Source: an uncultured Gemmatimonadales bacterium
Lineage (GTDB): Bacteria; Gemmatimonadota; Gemmatimonadetes; Gemmatimonadales; GWC2-71-9
Reading direction: 5' to 3'
Length of the DNA stretch: 64,000 nucleotides
Assembly (NCBI GenBank): GCA_963842945.1
Contig: CAWJIM010000016.1
Location: 32,001-96,000 of the forward strand
Part shown: positions 33,840-42,059 of the stretch, in pieces
Numbering within the stretch: the stretch's first letter is position 1
Layout of the letters: each line of letters starts with the position of its first letter
Position numbers and translations under genes: made by a program
Notes under the pieces: model-generated
Seen by the model: the letters and a program-made list of their open reading frames with translations, nothing else
What the model was told of the DNA's origin: nothing
Database searches by the model: none

Positions 33840-33893
33840 AAATTGCATCCAGAGTGGCGAAAGGAGGGTGAACCCGTCGTGAAGAAACCCTCA
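33840..33893 (-). promoter_or_regulatory. CTTCA-repeat promoter box 12 (Kelch K4)
   Basis: Sense: TGAGG-N4-CTTCA-N6-GTTCA-N6-TTTCG-N12-CAATTT. Confidence 0.78.
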
Positions 33894-33897
33894 GCAA

Positions 33898-35400
33898 TCA
33901 CGAAGCCGAGGTGCGAATGGGAACTCGTCCCAGCAGGCTGCCCCAGCTTCGGAGTTGGCTGGTGACCAGAAACAGCTCGTGTACCCGCCGTTGCCCGTTC
34001 CTGCCCCACTCCTGCCGAGCCTCAGGGAGTGCCAGCATCTCGTTGATGGCGCGCTCCAGCTCCTCCCGGTTGGAGGGATCGTCGATGAGCCGCCCGTCGA
34101 GCCCATCGCGGATCTGAGTTCGTGGCCCGACCGCCCGGGAGTTGCTGAGCACCGGAACTCGCTTCCACATGGCTTCGGCTATGGTGAGCCCGAAGCCTTC
34201 GCGCAGCGAGTTCTGCACGACGATCGTTGATGAGCGCTGCAGGGCATTGACCAGCAGCGCGTTCTGCTCCTTTGAGCGCATAGGTAAGGTGACGATGGCA
34301 ATGTCGTCCTGAACCGCTGGGTGCAGCGAGACGTATGCCCCTCGGAGCTCCTCCAGCACGTCCGTCGCTTCCGGATCGTCCTGGATGGCCTCCGCTTCCG
34401 GGCCGGCGAGCACCAGCCGCACTAAGTCCAGCCGGCGGCGGTGGACTGGATCAGGAGCGGTGTCGCCACCATAGATGGATCGCTTGAGAGAGGCGAACGC
34501 CTCCATCAAGGGGCGGAATCCCTTCAGGCGGTCCCAGCGGGAGACCTGCGTCACGATGGGCCGGGTAAGGAGACCGATGTCTTCCATGGCATTGGCTGGG
34601 GCGGAGCTTCCGTCCGGCAAGACACGGTGAGCGGGGTAAGCATAGGGCGGCTCCACCGTGGGTCCGGGACACACCACCAGTCCGCCGGTACAGAGCACCT
34701 GCACGGCACCGTTCAACGACAGCTCGCAATTCTTTTCCGAGAGCGGATCTATCCCGGGATGGATCACCGTGGATCTGCCGGCCAAGCGCTCCGGGATGTA
34801 CTCCGATGCCGAGAACACCGCGTGATCGTAGGCATCAAGATAGGGCGCCAGAAAGTCCCAGGCCGAGCGGGTCGCCGCGTTCTCCTCATCCAGCCCGATA
34901 TGGGAGCGCCAGATGGTCAGCACCGGGACGTGCTCACGCAGCATTCCGGCGAGCGGCAATGGTTGTGGGTCATGCACGATCAGGAGGTCACCGGGACGAA
35001 CCAGCGACTTGAGCTCCTCCGCGTTCTCCCGATTCACCTGCTCGAACAGCTCACGATCGGCCTTTTCCAGACCGGGATCACCGGCGCCGTGGATGAGGTT
35101 GTGAATCCGTTTGGTCAGCGGGAAGAAGGCGGGGTCCCGGGAGCCGATCACCACCCACTCGATGCGTACGCCGAGATCCCGTAACAGCGGGACCATGTTC
35201 ACCAGCATCTCGGCGACACCGCCACCGTGGGCGGTCGAGTTGACCATCCAGACCGTCCGTCCGCTCAGGCGGGGAAGCACCGCTGCGGCCTCACTCCGGA
35301 GGTCGTGCACTGCCTGGGCGAGGTGGGCGACGGCCTCGTACTCCGCCAGGGTTCGTTGCGTCTCCAGCTTAACGCGCTGGAGTAAGGATCGGGTCACCAT
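33898..35400 (-). CDS. GT4 glycosyltransferase, TreT-like trehalose synthase
   Basis: VNSTA.GGGVAEM, HDPQP, WR.HI, IDPLS.KN, QVSRWD.LKG, EGFGLT..EAMWK. Confidence 0.85.
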   Translation of the reverse strand: MVTRSLLQRVKLETQRTLAEYEAVAHLAQAVHDLRSEAAAVLPRLSGRTVWMVNSTAHGGGVAEMLVNMVPLLRDLGVRIEWVVIGSRDPAFFPLTKRIHNLIHGAGDPGLEKADRELFEQVNRENAEELKSLVRPGDLLIVHDPQPLPLAGMLREHVPVLTIWRSHIGLDEENAATRSAWDFLAPYLDAYDHAVFSASEYIPERLAGRSTVIHPGIDPLSEKNCELSLNGAVQVLCTGGLVVCPGPTVEPPYAYPAHRVLPDGSSAPANAMEDIGLLTRPIVTQVSRWDRLKGFRPLMEAFASLKRSIYGGDTAPDPVHRRRLDLVRLVLAGPEAEAIQDDPEATDVLEELRGAYVSLHPAVQDDIAIVTLPMRSKEQNALLVNALQRSSTIVVQNSLREGFGLTIAEAMWKRVPVLSNSRAVGPRTQIRDGLDGRLIDDPSNREELERAINEMLALPEARQEWGRNGQRRVHELFLVTSQLRSWGSLLGRVPIRTSAS

Positions 35401-35424
35401 ACCAATCGACAGCTGCTATGAAGG

Positions 35425-37281
35425 TCAGGGAGGGGTCTTGGCTGGAAGGGCTGCCCGGAGTGCATTCAGTATCACCGCCACATCGATTCCCTCCTGAAGC
35501 AGCGCTCCAGCGACCGGCGGGATATAGCCTAGACTGGCCACGACCATCGCCGCCCCACTCAGACCGAGCCCTGTCCAGATGCTCTGCCGGGCAATGCTCA
35601 GGGTGCGCCGGCTGATGCGGATCGCCTCGCCCACCCGGGTGGGATCGTCAGCCAGGATCACTGCGTCAGCGGCCTCGGCGCTGATGCCCCCGCCGCTCGA
35701 AGCCAGGGCAATTCCGACCGTGGCGGTGCTGAGCGCCGGGGCATCGTTGGTGCCGTCGCCCACCATGAGGACCGGCTCCCCTTCCTTCATCAGTCCCTGC
35801 ACCCAGGCGACCTTTTCTGCCGGGAGGAGATCACCGTGAGCCTCCTCAATCCCAACCGCCTGGGCTACAGCTGCGGCATTGGCCTGGTCATCGCCAGAGA
35901 GCAGGAGGATCCGCCGGACGCCCAGCCGCCGGAGCTGAGAAATGAATTCAGCCAGCTCGGGGCGGAGCCGGTCGGCATACTCGATCACTCCGGCGCCACG
36001 GCCGTCCACCGCCACATACGCCCTCAGCTCGACGCCGGGCGTCTGCGCCAGTAGCTCGCGCAGTGGCGCTTCAGCCGCCGGATGACGGTGCACCAGGAAG
36101 GACCAGCCACCCACAGTCACGGCGCGCCCTTCGACTGCGCCGGTCACCCCTTGGCCGGAAGCTTCGGTGACGTTCCCCGCCTCGGGCAGCTTAATTCCGC
36201 GAGCTGACGCTTCTTGGACGACGGTCCGCGCGAGCAGGTGGCCGGAGCCCTGCTCGATACTGCCGGCCAGCCGCAGCACGTCTTCCTCGGTGAAGGGCGG
36301 GACGGCAAGCACCCGGTCCACTCGGGGCCGGCCGATGGTGAGCGTGCCAGTCTTGTCGAACACAGCCACCACGATCCGGCCCAGCTGCTCCAGGGCGGTG
36401 CCGTGACGGAAGATGATCCCCCGGCGAGCCGCCCGGTTGATGCCGCCAACGATCGCGACCGGGGTCGCCAGGATGAGAGGACAAGGAGTCGCGACTACCA
36501 GCACCGCGAGCACCCGCGTCGGATCGCGAGAGAGAAGGTATGCCGCGGCACAAACCACCAGGGTCAGCGGCGTGAACCAGACTGCGTACCGGTCGGCCAA
36601 CCGCTGGAGCGGTGCCTTGCTCTCCTGAGCGGTGCGAACCAGCTCCACGATCCTGGCGTACTGGCTTTGGCTCGCCGGAGCCGTGACCCGTACCGTGAGG
36701 GGCCCCTCGAGGTTGAGGCTGCCACTCATCAGCCCGACATCGGGATGGGCGCTCACCGGCACCGGCTCCCCCGTCATCCGGGAGGCGTCCACGTGAGACC
36801 GCCCTTCGATGACGACCGAGTCGCAGGCCAGCAGCTCCCCGGGCCGGAGCAGGATAACATCTCCCACCGCGACGGTCTCGGCGGCGACATCTGTGACCTC
36901 ACCGGCGACCAGACGGTGAGCGATCCGGGGCGCTGCGGCCTCCAGCTCCCGGACCGCCTCCGATGCCCGGCCCTGAGCATAGCGCTCCAACGCCTCCCCA
37001 CCGGTCTGCATCAGGACTACGATAAGGCCGGCGAGCGGCTCCCTCAGAAGGAGTGAGGTGACAATGGCCAGCATCGCCACCAGATCGGCGGCAAAGCGGC
37101 CCGAGGCGATGCCCCGAAGCGTCTGCCACACCACTGGAATACCGGTGAGAACCAATCCAGCATTCCACACCGCGGCGGCCACATTGCTCCGCGCCGCGAG
37201 ATGGAGCAGCAACCCGCTGATGATGCAGAGAAGAGCGCCGGCCGGAAGGAGGTAGGTGCGGCCGACCTGACCCGGAGCTAG
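35425..37281 (-). CDS. Heavy-metal P1B-type ATPase (P1B-5-like, PCP/QExxD); start uncertain
   Basis: VATPCPL, DKTGTLT, GDGTND, LQEGID..VILNALR. Confidence 0.85.
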   Translation of the reverse strand, partial: LAPGQVGRTYLLPAGALLCIISGLLLHLAARSNVAAAVWNAGLVLTGIPVVWQTLRGIASGRFAADLVAMLAIVTSLLLREPLAGLIVVLMQTGGEALERYAQGRASEAVRELEAAAPRIAHRLVAGEVTDVAAETVAVGDVILLRPGELLACDSVVIEGRSHVDASRMTGEPVPVSAHPDVGLMSGSLNLEGPLTVRVTAPASQSQYARIVELVRTAQESKAPLQRLADRYAVWFTPLTLVVCAAAYLLSRDPTRVLAVLVVATPCPLILATPVAIVGGINRAARRGIIFRHGTALEQLGRIVVAVFDKTGTLTIGRPRVDRVLAVPPFTEEDVLRLAGSIEQGSGHLLARTVVQEASARGIKLPEAGNVTEASGQGVTGAVEGRAVTVGGWSFLVHRHPAAEAPLRELLAQTPGVELRAYVAVDGRGAGVIEYADRLRPELAEFISQLRRLGVRRILLLSGDDQANAAAVAQAVGIEEAHGDLLPAEKVAWVQGLMKEGEPVLMVGDGTNDAPALSTATVGIALASSGGGISAEAADAVILADDPTRVGEAIRISRRTLSIARQSIWTGLGLSGAAMVVASLGYIPPVAGALLQEGIDVAVILNALRAALPAKTPP

Positions 37282-37976
37282 AGCGCGGGCGAGATCTCCG
37301 CCTCGCCGCCCCGGCGCAGGCTGAATCCCACTCCCCGCACCGTGCTCAGGAGCCGCTCCCCCGCGGCCTCGCTCAGTTTCCGGCGCAGATTCCCCACGTG
37401 GACGTCCACCACGTTGCTCTCCGGATCGAAGTGCATGTCCCATACCTTCTCCAGGAGCGTGGTCCGCCTGACTACCTCTTCCGGATGAAGCATGAAGTAC
37501 TCGAGTAGCTGGAACTCCTTCGCTGTCAGATCCAGCCTCTTGTCATTGACCGTAGCAATGTGGCGCAACCGGTCCAGCGCAATCGGCGGATACCGCAGCA
37601 GGTCCAGTCGCTCGGCCCCGCCCCGGCGATGGAGGGCCCGGATCCGGGCCAGCAGTTCGTCGAACTGGAATGGCTTGGCCAGATAGTCGTCGGCACCAGC
37701 GTCGAGACCGCGGACGACGTCCTCTTTTGCGTCGCGCGAGGTCAGCATCAGGATCGGTGTCTTCCGGCCTTCCCGCCGGAGCTCGGTGGCCACCTGAAAC
37801 CCGTTCTTTTTGGGAAGCACGATGTCCAACAGGATCATGTCATAGTCGTAGACGTGGGCCAGCATCGTCGCCTCCTCCCCGTCAGGGGCGACGTCTACGA
37901 CATACCCCTCTTCCCTGAGGCCCTGCTCGATGAATCCGGCGACTTTGCGGTCGTCTTCCACAACGAGGATCTTCAT
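37278..37976 (-). CDS. OmpR/PhoB-family response regulator (no adjacent kinase)
   Basis: MKILVVEDD, LLD, GLDAGADDYL.KPF, LT.KEF.LL, SNVVDVHV..LR.K, TVRGVGF. Confidence 0.95.
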   Translation of the reverse strand: MKILVVEDDRKVAGFIEQGLREEGYVVDVAPDGEEATMLAHVYDYDMILLDIVLPKKNGFQVATELRREGRKTPILMLTSRDAKEDVVRGLDAGADDYLAKPFQFDELLARIRALHRRGGAERLDLLRYPPIALDRLRHIATVNDKRLDLTAKEFQLLEYFMLHPEEVVRRTTLLEKVWDMHFDPESNVVDVHVGNLRRKLSEAAGERLLSTVRGVGFSLRRGGEAEISPAL

Positions 37977-37982
37977 GTATGA

Positions 37983-38035
37983 AATCTGGGTGGTCGTGGT
38001 TAAGGCTGGCGGAAGGCCGCCTGAAGCTTTCTTCA
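37983..38035 (-). promoter_or_regulatory. CTTCA-repeat promoter box 13 (regulator's own promoter; probably leaderless)
   Basis: Sense: TGAAG-N4-CTTCA-N6-CTTCC-N6-CTTAA-N11-CAGATT-N6-ATG. Confidence 0.78.
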
Positions 38036-38132
38036 CGTTCGACAGTGGCCTGGAGCTCGCCCGACTGGGCGCCGGCGCGAACTCATAGGTCAATACTACC
38101 GCAGAGGTTCCGACCTCGAAACCCTCAGAAAG

Positions 38133-38177
38133 CTTCGCCCCGACTTCATCCTCCCTTCATAACGCTCGAGCTAAGTT
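38133..38177 (+). promoter_or_regulatory. CTTCA-repeat promoter box 14 (DUF2892-USP operon)
   Basis: CTTCG-N6-CTTCA-N6-CTTCA-N12-TAAGTT. Confidence 0.78.
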
Positions 38178-38233
38178 TGGGCCAGGCGAGAGATCCTGAA
38201 CCGATAGTGGCGGCAGTCGAAGGAGGACACATT

Positions 38234-38443
38234 ATGACTCGAAATATCGGCAACCTGGAACGGATCGCCCGATTGATCGTAGGCGTCCTGATCCTGGGTC
38301 TGTACGGCGCCCTCCCGTCGCCCTGGCGATACGTCACTCTGATTGGATTACTCCCTCTGGGCAGCGGCTTGACCGGCTTCTGCCCGCTATACGCCCAACT
38401 GGGCTGGAACCGCTGGCATCCGACCGGCAGGAGGAGCATATGA
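38234..38443 (+). CDS. DUF2892 (YgaP-like) small membrane protein
   Basis: M.RNIG.LER.AR...G ... G...L..G..G.CP.Y..LG; AGGAGG RBS. Confidence 0.85.
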   Translation: MTRNIGNLERIARLIVGVLILGLYGALPSPWRYVTLIGLLPLGSGLTGFCPLYAQLGWNRWHPTGRRSI

Positions 38444-39414
38444 TGCGCCAGATCCAATCCATTCTCGTGCCGCTCGACGGCTCCTCGCTGGCCGAGGAGG
38501 CTCTGCCCCTGGCCCAGGCCATAGCCGAGCGCTCCCGGGCCAAGCTCAAGCTGGTCCTGATCCATGAGCCCCACATCCTGATGGAGCCTGGCCCCGCCTA
38601 CACCAAGGTGGAGCTCGCGATGCAGAAGGCCGACCGGGATTACCTCAAGTCGGTGACTACCCGACTCCGCAGCGTGCTCGGCCGCTCGGTATCCTCGGCG
38701 GTGCTGCAGGGAATTCCGGTGGCACAGACGCTGGCCTCGTATGCCCGGGAGCTGGGTGTTGATCTGGTGGTGATGACTACGCATGGTCGGGGCGGGCTTC
38801 GGCGGGCCTGGCTGGGAAGCGTCACCGACCAGCTGATCCGATTCTCGGAGACCCCCATCCTGGTGGTTCGGCCCGGCGAAGCAGGAGTGGCCAAGCCCGC
38901 GACGGAGATAAAGGAGGTTCTGGTTGCTCTCGATGGGTCACCTCTGGCGGAGGCGGCGCTCGAGCCGGCTGTCACCCTGGCCAAATTGTGGGACGCCGAG
39001 ATCTCGCTGGTGCAGGTGGTTCGTCCGATCATTCTGACCGATGGTGCACCGCTTACCTTCCCTAGTGGCTATTCGGAACAGGTCACAATCTTCCGCCGCG
39101 AAGCCGCCCAGGACTACATCAGGGATCTGGCGGAGCGCCTGCGTGAATCGGGAATCAGAGCAAACGGAGTGGCCGTCATCGGCGCCGCTGTTCCCGAGAC
39201 ACTGATCGATATGGCAGCGCCCGAGCGGGTCAGTCTGATAGTGGCAGCCACCCACGGGCTGGGCGGTCTCAAGCGGATGGTACTGGGGAGTGTGGCTGAT
39301 AAGCTGGTACGCGGCGCAAACGTACCAACTCTAGTGGTCCGCCCTGCCGGCCGCAGGGCGCGCCGGAACTCGGAGGAGATGAATGTTCCGGTCAGTGCGG
39401 GCGCGTCCTTGTGA
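38440..39414 (+). CDS. Tandem universal stress protein
   Basis: Two ILV.LDGS..AE.AL / LVV..THG.GG....LGSV.D.L units. Confidence 0.92.
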   Translation: MMRQIQSILVPLDGSSLAEEALPLAQAIAERSRAKLKLVLIHEPHILMEPGPAYTKVELAMQKADRDYLKSVTTRLRSVLGRSVSSAVLQGIPVAQTLASYARELGVDLVVMTTHGRGGLRRAWLGSVTDQLIRFSETPILVVRPGEAGVAKPATEIKEVLVALDGSPLAEAALEPAVTLAKLWDAEISLVQVVRPIILTDGAPLTFPSGYSEQVTIFRREAAQDYIRDLAERLRESGIRANGVAVIGAAVPETLIDMAAPERVSLIVAATHGLGGLKRMVLGSVADKLVRGANVPTLVVRPAGRRARRNSEEMNVPVSAGASL

Positions 39415-39476
39415 TGTCGGAGCCGGTGTGAACCGGTCGTGACCGACCATCCATCTCGGTCAAAGCCAGCGGGCGA

Positions 39477-39530
39477 TGAAGCGATCTTAATCTGAGCTTC
39501 ATGCCTCCTTCGCAATGCCGGTCTCATTTT
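39477..39530 (+). promoter_or_regulatory. CTTCA-repeat promoter box 15 (Acg copy 2)
   Basis: TGAAG-N4-CTTAA-N6-CTTCA-N6-CTTCG-N12-CATTTT. Confidence 0.8.
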
Positions 39531-39574
39531 TGACCGGCATTGCCCCTGATCCGCCGAACCCGAGGAGGCACCCG

Positions 39575-40572
39575 ATGGTTCCGCAGAACCCCAGCGTCTG
39601 GGAGGTCACGCCCGATAACTTTCCCCATGCCGCAGCGATCGATACTCAGCTCCGCTTCCTTCTTCGCTACGCGATCCTGGCGCCTTCGCCCAGAAACTCG
39701 CAGCCCTGGACCTTCGCCATCCGCGACAACAAGGTCTTTCTGCTGGCCGACCATGGCCGGAGCCAGCCGGTACTCGATCCCGACCGGCGCGAGCTCTACA
39801 TCGGGCTGGGGTGCGCGCTGGAAAATCTCCTGGTGGCAGGCGAGCACTTCGGGCTCAGCCACGCGGTGAGCTACTTCCCGGACCGCTGGCATCCGGAACT
39901 GGCTGCAACCGTGTTGTTCGAGCCGGGCGGAACTCCCTCAGCGGTCCGGGTGGGCGCCACCCTAGAGACGATTCGGCGGCGGCACAACGACACGGCGCTG
40001 TACCATTCGATCCCGCTGCCGGAAGAGCTGTTGCGCCGGCTGACTGCCTGCTGCGACGAGCCCGATGTGCGGGTAGAATTGACCGAGGACAGTTTGTTGC
40101 ACGATTGGATTCAGGCGCTAACGGTGCAGTCCGATAGCGTGGACCTGGCTAACCCGGGCTTTCGGATGGAGCTGGAGTACTGGATGAGCCAGGGGATCTT
40201 CGGGCCGGACCGAAACGCTTCGGCAGAGGACAATCCGGCCACCATTCTTCAGCGGCAACGGGCGATTACCCTGGGTCAGCTCAGGGTGGAGAGCGCTCCG
40301 GTGCTGGGGCTGATTCGGGGGCGGGCGACAGCCATCTGGTCCATGTGCGCGCAGGACAGCTGTTCGAGCGCATCTGGCTCACGGCGACCGGCCTCGGCAT
40401 CAGTATCAACCCCATGAGTCAGACGCTGCGCCGGCCGGAGCTAAGGGCGGTCGTCTCCGAGCTGATGCCTGCGGTGGGCTGGATTCCTCAGCACCTGTTT
40501 CGGGTGGGATACTCCTCCGCGCCACCGAAGCTGCGAAGCCCTCGCAGAACGGTCGAGGACGTCATGCTCTGA
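39575..40572 (+). CDS. Acg-family nitroreductase-like protein (copy 2); frameshift ~40320
   Basis: Paralog of 15943..16939; AILAPSPRNSQPW, GCALEN, ANP.FRMEL.YW, PRR..EDV. Confidence 0.85.
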
Positions 40573-40576
40573 CCAC

Positions 40577-40624
40577 AGTGCCCGAGGCGAGAGTCGAACT
40601 CGCACGAGGTTGCCCTCGGCGGAT
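40577..40624 (-). repeat. att-type direct repeat of the 3' half of tRNA-Leu
   Basis: 48 bp identical to 43649..43696 (AGTGCCCGAGGCGAGAGTCGAACTCGCACGAGGTTGCCCTCGGCGGAT). Confidence 0.95.
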
Positions 40625-40702
40625 CCTCGCAGGCGAGTCGGATGGTCCTGGGGCTCGCCTACTGGAGATATAAAGAGGATCGACGCAAACGTGCTTAAGC
40701 GT

Positions 40703-41101
40703 TCAGACGCTCGCTGGTGCAGGTCTCGATTGCTTCTGCAAGACCCGCCCGACCGCCGCGCTGAGATCGTCGAGCAGGAAGGGCTTAGTAAGCACTGGAC
40801 GGTCAAGCTCTAGGTCGGAGCGAAAGGCTGACATAAAAATGACCTCCGGAGCGTTAGGTAATGCCGCCAGACGGTCGGCGAGTTGATAGCCATCGAGCTC
40901 GGGCATCAGTAGATCGCAGAGCACAAGGTGGACTTCTACGCCAGACTGCTCGAGTACCGTCAGTGCTTCTACGCCATTCCCTGCAGTCAGGACGCGATAT
41001 CCGGCCTGCTCAACCTTTCGCGCTATGACGCGACGAACACCTTCGTCATCGTCGACCACCAACACTGTGTGCGGGAGTAGCTCAGGGGCGGGGGCATTCA
41101 T
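40703..41101 (-). CDS. Single-domain response regulator receiver
   Basis: VLVVDDD, LVLCDLLMP.LDG, FMSA, KPF. Confidence 0.85.
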   Translation of the reverse strand: MNAPAPELLPHTVLVVDDDEGVRRVIARKVEQAGYRVLTAGNGVEALTVLEQSGVEVHLVLCDLLMPELDGYQLADRLAALPNAPEVIFMSAFRSDLELDRPVLTKPFLLDDLSAAVGRVLQKQSRPAPASV

Positions 41102-41281
41102 GAGACACCTTCTCTTGCTCGGGGGCGGCATAGGAATCAGCCGTATGGGGCCGACGGAGTGGCGAATCGCAGGAAGCGCAGGACGCACTGGAAGGGAGTC
41201 GCTGAATGAATCTACCCCGCACGCCGGTTGAGCACCAACGGAGCCCAGGAAGTGCCGTCAGCGCACCCCGGCCTGAGCTCG

Positions 41282-41560
41282 CTAAAACCGTTGGTGGAAT
41301 GTGATCTTCACCGTCTGTGGGCTGTTCGTCGCTCCGGTAGCCCACACCTTGATTTTGCCATAATAGGTGCCGCGAGGCAGGCCTGTGCCATCGACCCAAA
41401 CCTTCATGACAGAGGGCGCTGTCCCAATTCTCGGCGACCGCTTGATCCAGGTCGCACTCTTGGTGGATGTCCAGTTGAGGATCCCACCGCCGGTGTTGCT
41501 GATGGACAAGGAGCCTGACGACGGCCAGCAGAAGCCACGAACTTTAGTTCGACCATCACA
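41282..41560 (-). pseudogene. BACON/Ig-like domain fragment
   Basis: LSISNTGGG.LNWT....ATWI...P..GTAPS....V....L..GTY.G.I.V...GATNSPQTV..T; no clear start. Confidence 0.55.
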
Positions 41561-41649
41561 CCAGGCAGGGGTGGCGAGTTCGAAGCCTCTCCGACTGAGA
41601 GCGATAGTGCGGGCCGCCTCCGTCACCAGCGCAGTAGAGCGGCGGCTCG

Positions 41650-42014
41650 ATAAGGTCATTCCCTATGTTTTCCACCGGAACGGAAAGCCGATTCACGGAT
41701 ACCTAGACGGCTGGCGGGCAGCCTGCAAACGGGCAGCGGTCGTGAAGCGGGGCGAGCTGGAGGCGGTTGTCCGTCCCCACCTGCTCAACCGGACCCCTCA
41801 CGATTTCCGGCGCACTGCAGCGCGGAACCTCATTCGCGCTGGCGTCCCTCAGCACGTGGTGATGAAGCTCTGCGGCTGGAAAACGGATGCGATGTTCCGC
41901 CGCTATGCCATCGTTGATGAGCGAGACCTGCGGGACGCCGTGGCCAAACTAGCTGGATTCTGGGCACCCGACATAGCGCACAGTGAACGCTTCTTCACAG
42001 AGACATCACGATGA
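41650..42014 (+). pseudogene. Tyrosine recombinase/integrase C-terminal remnant
   Basis: YVF, HDFRRTA (HxxR), GW, MF.RY catalytic Tyr; N-terminal part absent. Confidence 0.85.
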
Positions 42015-42037
42015 CTTCTGAGCGTCGTTGGCATATT
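41984..42037 (+). promoter_or_regulatory. CTTCA-repeat promoter box 16 (Kelch K5)
   Basis: TGAAC-N4-CTTCA-N6-CATCA-N6-CTTCT-N12-CATATT. Confidence 0.75.
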
Positions 42038-42059
42038 GGGGGCAACACAGGAGGTCTAT

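Noticed and set aside
1..40576. Whole left region as one integrated element
   Set aside because: No second att copy, intact integrase or conjugation/phage genes visible; left boundary outside the window
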